From Candidatus Multivorans sp. (GTDB lineage Bacteria > Acidobacteriota > Thermoanaerobaculia > Multivoradales > Multivoraceae), in NCBI GenBank assembly GCA_965224025.1, contig OZ245033.1, positions 3,808,001 to 3,872,000 on the forward strand: a stretch of 64,000 nucleotides of DNA, written 5' to 3'. The translations under genes were made by a program, and so were the position numbers. Below the pieces are notes generated by a model. It saw nothing but the letters and a program-made list of their open reading frames with translations, had not been told where the DNA came from and ran no database searches. Shown here one piece after another: positions 18,419 through 28,924 of the stretch (position 1 is the first letter of the stretch; every line of letters starts with the position of its first letter).

Positions 18419-19492
18419 TCACGGCAACTTCCTCAAGCGGGTGTCGAGCAGCACCACTTCGAGCAGGAGCAGGAACACGGCCGGCGTCACCAGCCAGGCG
18501 AAACGCTCCTCGTACTCCATGTAGGACTCCTGGGTGATCTCGGTCTTCTCGAGCTCGTCGATCTGCTCGTAGATCTCCTCCAGCCCCGCCACGTCTTCGG
18601 CCCGGAAATAGGCGCCGCCGGTGACCGTCGCCATTCGCCGCAGCGTGTCCTCGTCGATCTCCACGTCCTCGTAGACGACGCGCGGCCCGAACCGCGTCTC
18701 GACCACGATGGGCGCCTGACCGCGGGTGCCGACGCCGATCGTGTACAGCTTGACGCCCAGCGCCGCGGCGGCCTCGGCGGCCCGCAGCGGCGTCAGCGCT
18801 CCCGCATTGCTCCGCCCATCCGTCAGCAGGACCGCGACCTTCGATTCGGCCTCCGAGTCCACAAGACGCTTGGTCGCCACCCCGACCGCCGATCCGATCG
18901 CCGTGGCGTCCCCCGCCATGCCGATCTCCAACTGCTCGAGGAAGGTCGCGGCGATGCCGTGGTCGAGCGTCAGCGGACACTGCGTGAAGGCCTCCTCGCC
19001 GAACACGACGAGACCGATGCGGTCGTTCGGCCTACGCCCGATGAACGTCTCGACTACTCCCTTGGCCGCCTCCAGACGGTCCCTCCGGCGACTCAGCGAG
19101 CGCTCGTGCGCGTCGAGGTCGAGCGCCCTCATCGACCCCGAGGTGTCGATCACGAGCACGATGTCGATGCCCTCCGTGCTCACCTCGGTGAGCGCACGCC
19201 CGGTCTGGGGACGCATCACGGCGAGCAGCACCAGGGCGACGACCAGGAGGCGCAGCGCCGACACCAGGCGACGGGCCGTCGGCGTTCCCGATCGTGCCGC
19301 TTGGCGCGCATGCACGAGCGACGAATACGCAACGGCTGTTCTGCCCGCGGCATTCCCTCCGATGGAGAAGCCGCGCCGCGCCGCCAGATGACGCCAGCGC
19401 GGCCGAAGCCACCACAGGAGCGACCAGATCACGTACAGCGGCAGCAGCACCCAGAGCCAGCGGACATCGGCGAACAGGAGTTGCTCGTTCAT
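18419..19492 (-). CDS. batA: BatA-like VWA domain protein
   Basis: DTSGSM MIDAS, DRIGLVVFG..AFTQCPLTLDH, LLTDGRSNAG. Confidence 0.85.
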   Translation of the reverse strand: MNEQLLFADVRWLWVLLPLYVIWSLLWWLRPRWRHLAARRGFSIGGNAAGRTAVAYSSLVHARQAARSGTPTARRLVSALRLLVVALVLLAVMRPQTGRALTEVSTEGIDIVLVIDTSGSMRALDLDAHERSLSRRRDRLEAAKGVVETFIGRRPNDRIGLVVFGEEAFTQCPLTLDHGIAATFLEQLEIGMAGDATAIGSAVGVATKRLVDSEAESKVAVLLTDGRSNAGALTPLRAAEAAAALGVKLYTIGVGTRGQAPIVVETRFGPRVVYEDVEIDEDTLRRMATVTGGAYFRAEDVAGLEEIYEQIDELEKTEITQESYMEYEERFAWLVTPAVFLLLLEVVLLDTRLRKLP

Positions 19493-20520
19493 GCCGCCTT
19501 CCCCGCCTGGTCAAACGCCGGCGCGGAGGCCTCTTTGTTGCCGCCGTCCTCGCCGGCATCGTCCTCCACCGGCCGTGTCGCGCGCACGAAGCCCAAGGCC
19601 TGCTCGCAGGTGCGGTCGATCTCCTCGGGCAGGGGCAGGTGGGCCGCGAACTTGACCTGGTCCGTGGCGACCAGGAACCGCTCAAGGCGCCTTGCCTGCA
19701 CCGGATCGAGCCGGATCAGAGCCAGCCGGCTCAGGATCTCCTCCGTCGTCAGATCGGTGGCGTTCATGCCGAAGCGACCCTCGACGTAGGCCCGGACGAC
19801 CGCCGAGACGGCAAAGTAGTAGCGGCGCAGTTCCCGCAGGTCCGAGAAGTCGGTGCGCCGAAGTCGCTCCAACTCCTGCATCGCCAGGTCGTAGGGTGGA
19901 ATCCGGGGCACTTCCGGACCTTCGCCCCCACGCCCGCGCCGCCGGCGCCACCACCACCACCATGCCGCTGCCGCCAGCACGAGAACCGCGGCGGCAAGTC
20001 CTAGCCACAACAGCCACAGCCGGCCGGTCTCGACCCGGCGCAGCGGCTTGATGTCGCGGATGTCCGTCACCTCGGCGCCGTCCGCCGGCAGCACCGACTC
20101 GACTTCGACCGGGATCTCCGGTGTCTGGAGGTCGCCTGCGTCACCGGCAGGACCACCGTACGTAGCGGAGAGCGCCGGCAGCACGTAGGAACCGACCAGA
20201 TCGGCGCGGAGCTGGAACCAGCGGCGCTCCAGGATCCGGCCCGAAGAAAGAGTCTCCGCCTGGTCCTGGCCGAGGTCCACGATCCGGAAGCCCGCGATGT
20301 CGATTCCGGGGTCAGCCAGGTCGACGCTCACCTCCGGCTTGCGCTCGACTACGACTTCGTAGGTGATCAGGTCGCCGGTCGTGGCGGTGGCGCGGTCGAC
20401 CGCGGCCCGCAGCTCCGCCGGCGGCTTCGGCGCCTCCCCGGTGCCGGCCTGTTCCTCGACGGCGCCGCACCCCAGGAGGAAGAGCGCCGCAGCAAGTCCG
20501 GTAGCGAAGCGAACGACCAC
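19489..20520 (-). CDS. Bat-associated membrane lipoprotein (DUF4381-like)
   Basis: Lipobox LLGC, IRDIKP, TM helix, TTEE and DQVKFA motifs. Confidence 0.7.
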   Translation of the reverse strand: MVVRFATGLAAALFLLGCGAVEEQAGTGEAPKPPAELRAAVDRATATTGDLITYEVVVERKPEVSVDLADPGIDIAGFRIVDLGQDQAETLSSGRILERRWFQLRADLVGSYVLPALSATYGGPAGDAGDLQTPEIPVEVESVLPADGAEVTDIRDIKPLRRVETGRLWLLWLGLAAAVLVLAAAAWWWWWRRRRGRGGEGPEVPRIPPYDLAMQELERLRRTDFSDLRELRRYYFAVSAVVRAYVEGRFGMNATDLTTEEILSRLALIRLDPVQARRLERFLVATDQVKFAAHLPLPEEIDRTCEQALGFVRATRPVEDDAGEDGGNKEASAPAFDQAGKAA

Positions 20521-20523
20521 GAC

Positions 20524-21456
20524 CTACACCCGTACCGTCTGTTCGCGCGCCCGCAGGTAGCGGACGACCGGATCGATCCACGGGCGATCGGCCCAGACCT
20601 GGATCTCGCCGACGCCGGCCTGGCGGAACTGCTCGGATCGTCGCGTCAGGTCCTCGCGGGCCACGCGGGCGAAGCTGTCCGACACCCGCCGGCTCGCCGT
20701 GTCGATGACGATCGTCTCCCCGGTCTCCGCGTCCTCGAGTTCGACCAGACCCATCCGCGGCAGGCTGACCTCGCGTTGGTCGAGGACCCGGATCGCGGTC
20801 AGGTCGTGACGGCGAGCAGCCACCCGCAAGCGCTCGGAGAAGCCCTCATCCAGGAAGTCCGAGATGACGAAGCCAACCGACCGGCGCGGCACCACCCGGC
20901 CCAGGTAATCCAGAGCGCCGTCGAGGTCGGTGCCGCGGCCCGTCGGTCGGAAGCTCAGCACCTCCCGAATCACGCGCCAGACGTGGGAGCGCCCCTTCTT
21001 GGGCGGGATGAAATGCTCGATCCGATCCGAGAAGATGATCATGCCTACCCGGTCATTGTTCTGGATCGCGAGGTAGGCGAGCACGGCGGCGACCTCCGCG
21101 ACGACCTCGCGCTTCTGCTTCTGGGCAGTGCCGAAGGCGCCTGAGGAACTGACGTCGACGATCAGCATGACCGTCAGCTCCCGCTCCTCCCGGTGCTCCT
21201 TGACGAAGGGGCTCGACATCCGCGCCGTCACGTTCCAGTCGACGTGGCGGATGTCGTCCCCCGCCGTGTACTCGCGCACCTGCTCGAACTCCATGCCCCG
21301 GCCCTTGAAGGCGCTGTGGTATTCGCCCGCGAGGGCGTCGGTCACCAAGCCCTGGGTGCGAAGCTGGATCGTCTTGATCCGCGCCAGCAGCTCAGGCGAA
21401 AGGGTCGCCTCATGCCGCTGCTGGTTCGCGGTTTCGTGACGCCGGAAGAACCACAT
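20524..21456 (-). CDS. DUF58 domain protein
   Basis: GMEFEQVREYTAGDDIRHVDWNVTAR. Confidence 0.9.
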   Translation of the reverse strand: MWFFRRHETANQQRHEATLSPELLARIKTIQLRTQGLVTDALAGEYHSAFKGRGMEFEQVREYTAGDDIRHVDWNVTARMSSPFVKEHREERELTVMLIVDVSSSGAFGTAQKQKREVVAEVAAVLAYLAIQNNDRVGMIIFSDRIEHFIPPKKGRSHVWRVIREVLSFRPTGRGTDLDGALDYLGRVVPRRSVGFVISDFLDEGFSERLRVAARRHDLTAIRVLDQREVSLPRMGLVELEDAETGETIVIDTASRRVSDSFARVAREDLTRRSEQFRQAGVGEIQVWADRPWIDPVVRYLRAREQTVRV

Positions 21457-21477
21457 CGATCGCGCTCCGAAGCGACG

Positions 21478-22545
<1,068 letters not shown>

Positions 22546-22783
22546 GTCGGTCGGATTCGCTTCGGTCGTTTCCCGGATGTTTGCGCCGGCGGGACGTCCG
22601 GCTGGGAGAGGCCGAGCCTCGGAGCGGCGCACGGACACCCCATTCACGCCTTCTCCAACCCGCCACTCGCCCAGGTTCTTCCCAAGGCCGGCACGGCGGC
22701 ATGACTCTAACCTAGCCGAGCGCCCGCCTCGGTCTGTTGGCGGGAGGCGTATCCCGGTCGAGAGCACGACACCCCCGTCTCCG

Positions 22784-25700
22784 TCACTTCCGTGGCGCCG
22801 CGGGTCCTCCCAACTGCACGAACGACACCAGTCCGGAATCGACTCTTACCGTTCTCGCGAAACCCGGCCAAGCAGCGGCTTCGACGATCCAGGAACCCTC
22901 CGGAACTTGCTCGAATCGGAACTGGCCCATCGAGTCGGCGTGCGTCCGCTGGAGAAGGTCGAAACGCTCCGCCTCGTAGCGCGTCACCTCGCTCGGCCAG
23001 ATCGACACCTCCGCGCCCACAATCGCTTGTAGCGCCCCGGCACCGTGAACCGAACCCTGCACAACCCCACTGGAGAGCGCAATCGTGACGTACTCGTCCC
23101 TCCGCACGGACACTTCCCGAACGCCAGCGCCAACGCCCAAGAAGTAGCTGCCTCGATTCAGATCATCGAAACTAAATGAGCCGTCGAGGCCGGTCCACGT
23201 TCGGCGCACGGAAGTCCAGTCGGCACCCTCGATCAACAGTACCTGGGTTGACTGGAACGGTAGACCATCCAGAAGGACGGCGCCCTCCACTCTAAAGCGA
23301 CGCTTGAACTCAACGACGACGTACGAATCTCCACCAGTGGTTCGGACACGCCGGTCCGCTCGCCGCTCGCTGTGCCCGACTGTAGCGATCACAACCCATA
23401 AGCCTGCATCGATTCCTCCGATCTCGAAACGACCGTCACTGTCGACCTCGGCCACTCGATGGTCGACTTCATCCACGTTGATCGCCTCCACCAGCAGGCG
23501 CTCCATCTCAGCCGAACCTAAGCCCTCGACGCGGCCCGTGATCCTTGAAGCGCGGCGGATTCGGACAACCGCGTCCGACATCGGTCCCGCAACCCGCAAC
23601 CGGCTCAGCGGCCGGTCGCCCGCCGGCACGCACACTGCCCTCGATCACGGCACCGCGCTGGAGCACGACCTCGACTGGCCCGGGCCGCTCGGGCGTCACG
23701 CTCTCGATGACCGTCGCAACAAAACCGGGCGCGTTCACATGAACGTCGACCCGCGCACTCTCAGTCAGTCCGTCGATCCAGAACTCCCCCGTCTCGGTGC
23801 TGCTCGCCTCCATGCCGTTTCTGGAAACGCGCGGCCGTACGGTCCCGGGCCCCGAGCAGCCCGCTTGTTCTGGTACCCACAACCCGAATCCGCGCTCCCG
23901 GAATCGGTCCGCCCGATTCCTCCAGGACCACGCCTGAGAGACGGAATCCGCGACTTAGTGCCACGACGCCTACGTCAACACCTATCCCCCGGATCTCTAC
24001 ACCTCGAAGCTGACGCCGCGCCATGCCGGCGGCGCGCACCAGAACGTCCCATCTGCCGGGCCAAACAGAGAGCTCAAACGAACCGTCAGCGCGAGAGCGA
24101 CCGCGACGGATCCGCCCGAACGGTCCATCGGCGCCATCAGCGAGTGGTCCAAGAACCAAAGGGCGACCGACCGACACGAAGCGGCCGACGCCGATCTCGG
24201 CGCCGGGCACGGAAACACCGGTTCTGCTGTTCACGACCCTGCCCGTCACCAAGGCCCCACGTTCAAGGCGAATCAGGTGGTCATCCCCCCTGTTCACAAA
24301 GGAGTCGATCGACTGACGGCTCACGGGAAGGTATCCGCGGCGGGCCGCGCGAAGTCCGACGAAGTCAAAGACGGAAGCGCTGATCCTCCCTCCCACCCGA
24401 TCGGTGGCGAAACGGCCATTGGCGTCGGAACGGAGCAGGAGCAACGAAGCGCGGGACGAGCCAGGAACATCGCCACGAATGACGGTGACGCCGCCGTTCT
24501 CAGCCGGTTCGACCCAGTCGAGCAGAAGCTCCGCATTGGCCACGGGTCGGCCCTGACCGTCCACCACTGATCCACTGCTTTTGCGTGCAGGCCGCAGGGT
24601 CGGACAGGACAAGCGGCGCCCCGCGCTAACGGAAAACGCGATCCCCTGAGTTTCGAGGCGCCCATCGGTGCAGCGGGCGTAGCCATAGCCTGCGGCCGCG
24701 AACCAAAGCGCCTCTCCTTCGAGAAGCTCCGCATCGTAGGCGCCGAGTGCGGAGCGACCAAGGGGCGCCGCGGCAGGGAAGACACTGGCTCGCCATGGCC
24801 GATCTGATTCTCGCCAGTAGTACGAAGTCGGCAGGTCGGCCGAACCGGTTCGAGCCGGACCGCGCAGCCCGTCAGGGGAGGCGAAATCGATATGGCCTTC
24901 GACCCTTCGAGACAGCTTGCGCGCGGAAATCGCTCCCCCGGCGCCAATGGACGCTTCGTAGACAGCTCCCGAAGACAACTCCACTATCAGTGTCGAAGCT
25001 CTGGTTTCCCCAGGGTCGAGTTGGGATCTGCCCGCGTTCGTCGCTGACGGCGAGTACGCCTCGCGACTGGTCGCGAACGAGAGCTGCTTTCAGGGGCTGG
25101 CCCGATTCATCCCGCAACAGAAAAGAACGCTGCTCACGAGGTTCCAGGACCACAACGGCACGACGGCCGGAAGCGCAGGGCACCGAGGCAACGCGGAAAC
25201 CCGGTGCGCGAACATGGAGTGTCATGGCCGTTGACTCGCGTAGGCGGTAGTCGGTCAGGCCATGACTGTCGGTTCGGGCAGGGCGATACCAAGGGCGCCA
25301 CGATTGGAACACAGCCGGTCGGGCGCCAGCCGGCGTCTCTACCTCCGGCGCGCTCGACGACCCTGGAAACACCAAGGCGCCGGACACGCCGGCGCCAGCA
25401 GTGTCCTGCACAGCGAGCCTGCAGGAGCCCAAGTTCAGAACAGGCACAGGTACGAGATCTCCGCTGGCGATGGCTGGACGCCAGAGCATGGCCATTGGCA
25501 CGCGACCATCGCCGTGAACCACGATCCACCATGCGTCGCGTTCTTCAGGGACCTCGCTCCTGAAGATGCCGCCAGGGCCAAACGACGCCTGAAACGCGGC
25601 GCGACGAATCGGTTGACCCTCCGACTCTGCAAGTCCGCACTTGTACGGGTCGCAGGCATGGTAGAGCGAGACGGTACCGCCCAAGAAAGGCCCTTCGGCT

Positions 25701-25849
25701 TCATCCCAACGGACGGAGTACTCGTTCCCAACCGCATCGAGCCGAACGGACGAAGCCGCAACAAGAACGGTGCTGAGCGCGACGAAACGAACTGCCGACA
25801 CGGAAGTACGCATTCGCGGAAGCCTATCCGCAAGTATAGGTAACAACAT
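22784..25849 (-). pseudogene. Frameshifted large secreted protein with carboxypeptidase-regulatory-like (prealbumin-fold) repeats
   Basis: Four overlapping ORFs in different frames (24872-25849, 23761-24984, 23508-23882, 22784-23635) carry G.V.D..G.P..GA and D..G.F-type repeat motifs; signal peptide in the first. Confidence 0.65.
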
Positions 25850-25965
25850 CCCCCTCGGGAGAAGTGCAAACCAGGGTGGTCCCGTCGATTCTCACTTCCA
25901 CCGCGTTCACGCACCCTGTCGTCGGCGCCCCGAAACAGCGCCGCCGCACCACAGAGCACCCCCAT

Positions 25966-27022
25966 AGAGCCAGGTGACGCGGCTGATCCGGCAGCACCGG
26001 GAGACGGGCCGCATTCGTGACCGCCGCGGCCGGACGACGTTCAAGAAGACGCGGGCGACCGCGGTTGGGATCGGAGAACGGCGCAAGCCACGGCCCGAGG
26101 GGAAGCCGGGTTACCTGCGCGTGGACACGGTGCACCAGGGGGACAAAGACGGCGAGAAGGGCGTGTACCACATCAACCTCGTGGACGAGGTGACCCAATG
26201 GGAGCACGTAGCGACGGTGCGGGCCATCTCCCAGCGGTGTCTGGTGCCGGTGCTCAAGGAGCTCATCGAGTCCTGTCCCTTCAAGGTGCTGGGCTTCCAC
26301 GCCGACAACGGCTCCGAGTATATCAACCGCAAGGTCGCGGAGATGCTCAACCAACTGCACGTCCCCGAGTTCACCAAGTCCCGCAGCCGGCACGGCAACG
26401 ACAACGCCCTGGTCGAATCCAGGAACGGCAACGTGATCCGGCGCCAGTTCGGATACCGGCACATCCCCAAGCTGTTCGCCCGCGAGGTCAACGCCTTCGC
26501 CCGCGATGTGCTCACGCCCTTCCTCAGCTTCCACCGCCCGTGCCTGTTTCCCACCGAGGTCACGGACAAGAAGGGCCGCATCAGAAAGCGCTACCGCTAT
26601 CAGGACACCATGACGCCGTTCGAGAAACTCAAGGCCCTGCCTGACGCGCAGCGGTACCTCAGGCCCGGCGTCACCATCGCCGCCCTCGAAGACCAGGCCG
26701 GCGCCACGAACGACCTCGACGCCGCAGTTGCCCTCAAGCTGGCTCGTGCCACACTCTTCCAACTCATCGACCGGGAGTCCGATCCCCACTGGCGCCGAAG
26801 CGCCTGAACCGCAGAACGCCCAGCCCCATGCCATACGCCGCCCACCACCACCGGCCCAGGCCGGAGCACAACCCCTGTAAGCCGCCGCGGCCTCGCAGCG
26901 GCCGCTACCGCAGGCGGCAGACGGTGCAGAACCGTCTGCCGCTCCAGAACTACACCGAGACCGACCACACTCGACTCTCCATGACGGTCCCGTTCACGCT
27001 CATTTCAGGATTGGACTACGCT
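25966..27022 (+). mobile_element. Truncated DDE integrase/transposase IS remnant (rve core, ISNCY-like)
   Basis: ORF 25974-26807 with RVDTVHQGD, FHADNGSEY, NDNALVESRNG; N-terminus missing. Probable right end near CTCATTTCAGGATTGGA (~26999-27015); boundaries approximate. Confidence 0.75.
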
Positions 27023-27024
27023 GG

Positions 27025-27645
27025 TCAGATGCCGGACATCCGATCGCCGTCCGCCGACGCCGCGTCCAGGTGGTCGCTGCAGTTGATCCGGGTCGCCCTC
27101 CACGGCGCCCGATTCTCGACGTAGGTGACCGAGGTGTTTCCCCAACGATCGGGCTGCTCCACACCGTCGCCAAGATCCAGGCGATGCAGCGCCAGGGAGT
27201 GGCAGACGAGGCCGTGAGTGACGAAGACACTGTCGCCTTCGGTTTCCCGGGCGAGCTCACGCATCCTGCCCCAAGCCTGGTTGACCCGCCGGTGGAACGA
27301 CGGCCAGTCCTCCCCCGCCGGCGGTTCATACCCGGGTTCCATGATGTCGAGACCGATGTCGGCGTACGCCCGACCTCGCAGGTCGCCGAAGTTGCGTTCG
27401 GCGAGCAACGGCTCGATGATGAGCGGCAGCCCCAGGGCCGCGGCCACCGGCTCCGCGGTCATCTCCGCGCGCCGCAGATGGCTGGCCACGATGCACCCGA
27501 TCGGGCGCTCCTGGTGGTGCTTCAGCAGCCGCGTCGCCAACCGCTCCGCCTGCACCATGCCGCGCTCGTTGAGCGGCGTCTCCGGCGCCTGGACGATCCG
27601 GGCGGCGTTCAAGGCAGTCTCGCCGTGACGCACGATGAGCAGCAC
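27025..27645 (-). CDS. Histidine phosphatase (phosphoglycerate mutase family)
   Basis: VRHGET, S.LRRAEMTA, ERNFG, VTHG. Confidence 0.9.
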   Translation of the reverse strand: MLLIVRHGETALNAARIVQAPETPLNERGMVQAERLATRLLKHHQERPIGCIVASHLRRAEMTAEPVAAALGLPLIIEPLLAERNFGDLRGRAYADIGLDIMEPGYEPPAGEDWPSFHRRVNQAWGRMRELARETEGDSVFVTHGLVCHSLALHRLDLGDGVEQPDRWGNTSVTYVENRAPWRATRINCSDHLDAASADGDRMSGI

Positions 27646-27786
27646 GGGCGGCAGGGTATCAACGCGTACCGCCGAGAACGTAGAGCAGCTTGACTCAGCC
27701 CGAACAGGACGTATGTGGGCATGTGGCCGGCGGCGCTAGCTCCCCGAAACCCCTCGCACACTCGGTGTTCGGCCCATCCCGTCCTC

Positions 27787-27845
27787 TCCCAGGAGCTTGA
27801 GCCGTAGACTTGCTTCGCTGCGTTCTACGGCTCAAGCTCCTGGGA
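27787..27845. repeat. Perfect 22-bp inverted repeat with 15-nt loop
   Basis: TCCCAGGAGCTTGAGCCGTAGA ... TCTACGGCTCAAGCTCCTGGGA. Confidence 0.85.
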
Positions 27846-27863
27846 TCGCAACCCGAGGCCGCC

Positions 27864-28616
27864 ATGCCGCCAAGAATCTCGATCGTCGCCCCGGTCTTCA
27901 ACGAAGCGGGCAACCTGAAACGTCTGGCGGCCGAAACGGCAGACGCGATGGCCGCAGCCGGCATCGACTACGAGTTGATCCTCGTCGACGACCTGAGTAC
28001 GGACGGCAGCCGCGAGGAACTTGCTGCCCTGGCAGCGGGCGACGCGAGACTGCGGGTCCTGAGCCTGGACCGTCACGCCGGCCAGTCGGCGGCCCTGTTC
28101 GCGGGGATACGCGCCGCGCGAGCGTCTCTCATCGTGACCATGGACGCCGATCTGCAGAACGACCCCGCCGACATTCCGGCCATCGTCGCCCTGCTCGAAG
28201 ACCACGATGTCGCGTCGGGAGTGCGCGCGAGACGCCAGGACACGCGACTGCGGCGCCTTGCGAGCCGGATCTCGAACCGGGCCCGGCGGTCGGTCCTCGG
28301 GGATCCCTGCACCGACATCGGCTGCGCGCTCAAGGGCTACCGCGCCGACGTTCTCGAAGACCTGCCCGCCTTCGACGGCCTTCACCGCTTCCTGCCGGTA
28401 CTGGCGCTTCGGCACGGAGGAACGTACGCCGAGATCGCGGTCGGACACCGGCCCCGCACCCACGGCAGGAGCAAGTACAACATCCGCGGCCGCTTCCTCC
28501 GCGGAATCCTGGACCTGTTCGGCGTCTCCTGGTACCGCCGGCGCGCCGTCTCCGTCGCTACCCACCCACTGGAGTGCCCGCCATGCCATCACTCAACCCC
28601 GAACACCTCTGGATAG
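27864..28616 (+). CDS. GT2 polyprenol-phosphate glycosyltransferase (DPM1/ArnC-like)
   Basis: SIVAPVFNE, VDDLSTDGS, MDADLQNDP, HRFLP, GRSKY. Confidence 0.88.
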   Translation: MPPRISIVAPVFNEAGNLKRLAAETADAMAAAGIDYELILVDDLSTDGSREELAALAAGDARLRVLSLDRHAGQSAALFAGIRAARASLIVTMDADLQNDPADIPAIVALLEDHDVASGVRARRQDTRLRRLASRISNRARRSVLGDPCTDIGCALKGYRADVLEDLPAFDGLHRFLPVLALRHGGTYAEIAVGHRPRTHGRSKYNIRGRFLRGILDLFGVSWYRRRAVSVATHPLECPPCHHSTPNTSG

Positions 28617-28867
28617 CCTTCGGTTACGGCGGGCAGGCCCTCTTCGCCTCCCGTTTCCTGGTCCAGTGGATCGCCACGGAGCGCCGCCGGCAGAGCGTCG
28701 TCCCCACCGCCTTCTGGTACCTGAGCCTGGCCGGCGGTCTCGTGCTGTTCACCTACGCCGTGTGGCGGCGGGATCAGGTGTTCATCGTGGGCCAGAGCTT
28801 CGGTCTACTCGTCTACTCCCGCAACCTCTGGTTCGTACACCGGGGCAGGACGGACACGACCGGCTGA
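28583..28867 (+). CDS. Lipid-A-disaccharide synthase N-terminal (LAB_N) domain membrane protein
   Basis: GQALFASRFLVQWIATE....VVP..FWYLSL.GG...YSRNL. Confidence 0.85.
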   Translation: MPSLNPEHLWIAFGYGGQALFASRFLVQWIATERRRQSVVPTAFWYLSLAGGLVLFTYAVWRRDQVFIVGQSFGLLVYSRNLWFVHRGRTDTTG

Positions 28868-28878
28868 GCGCCGGCGAA

Positions 28879-28911
28879 TCGCCCGCACCCCGGGCTTCGG
28901 GATGCGGGCGA
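28879..28911. terminator. Hairpin between convergent genes
   Basis: TCGCCCGCA...TGCGGGCGA stem; the right arm matches the first half of the REP family. Confidence 0.5.
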
Positions 28912-28924
28912 GAGCCCCGGCTGA

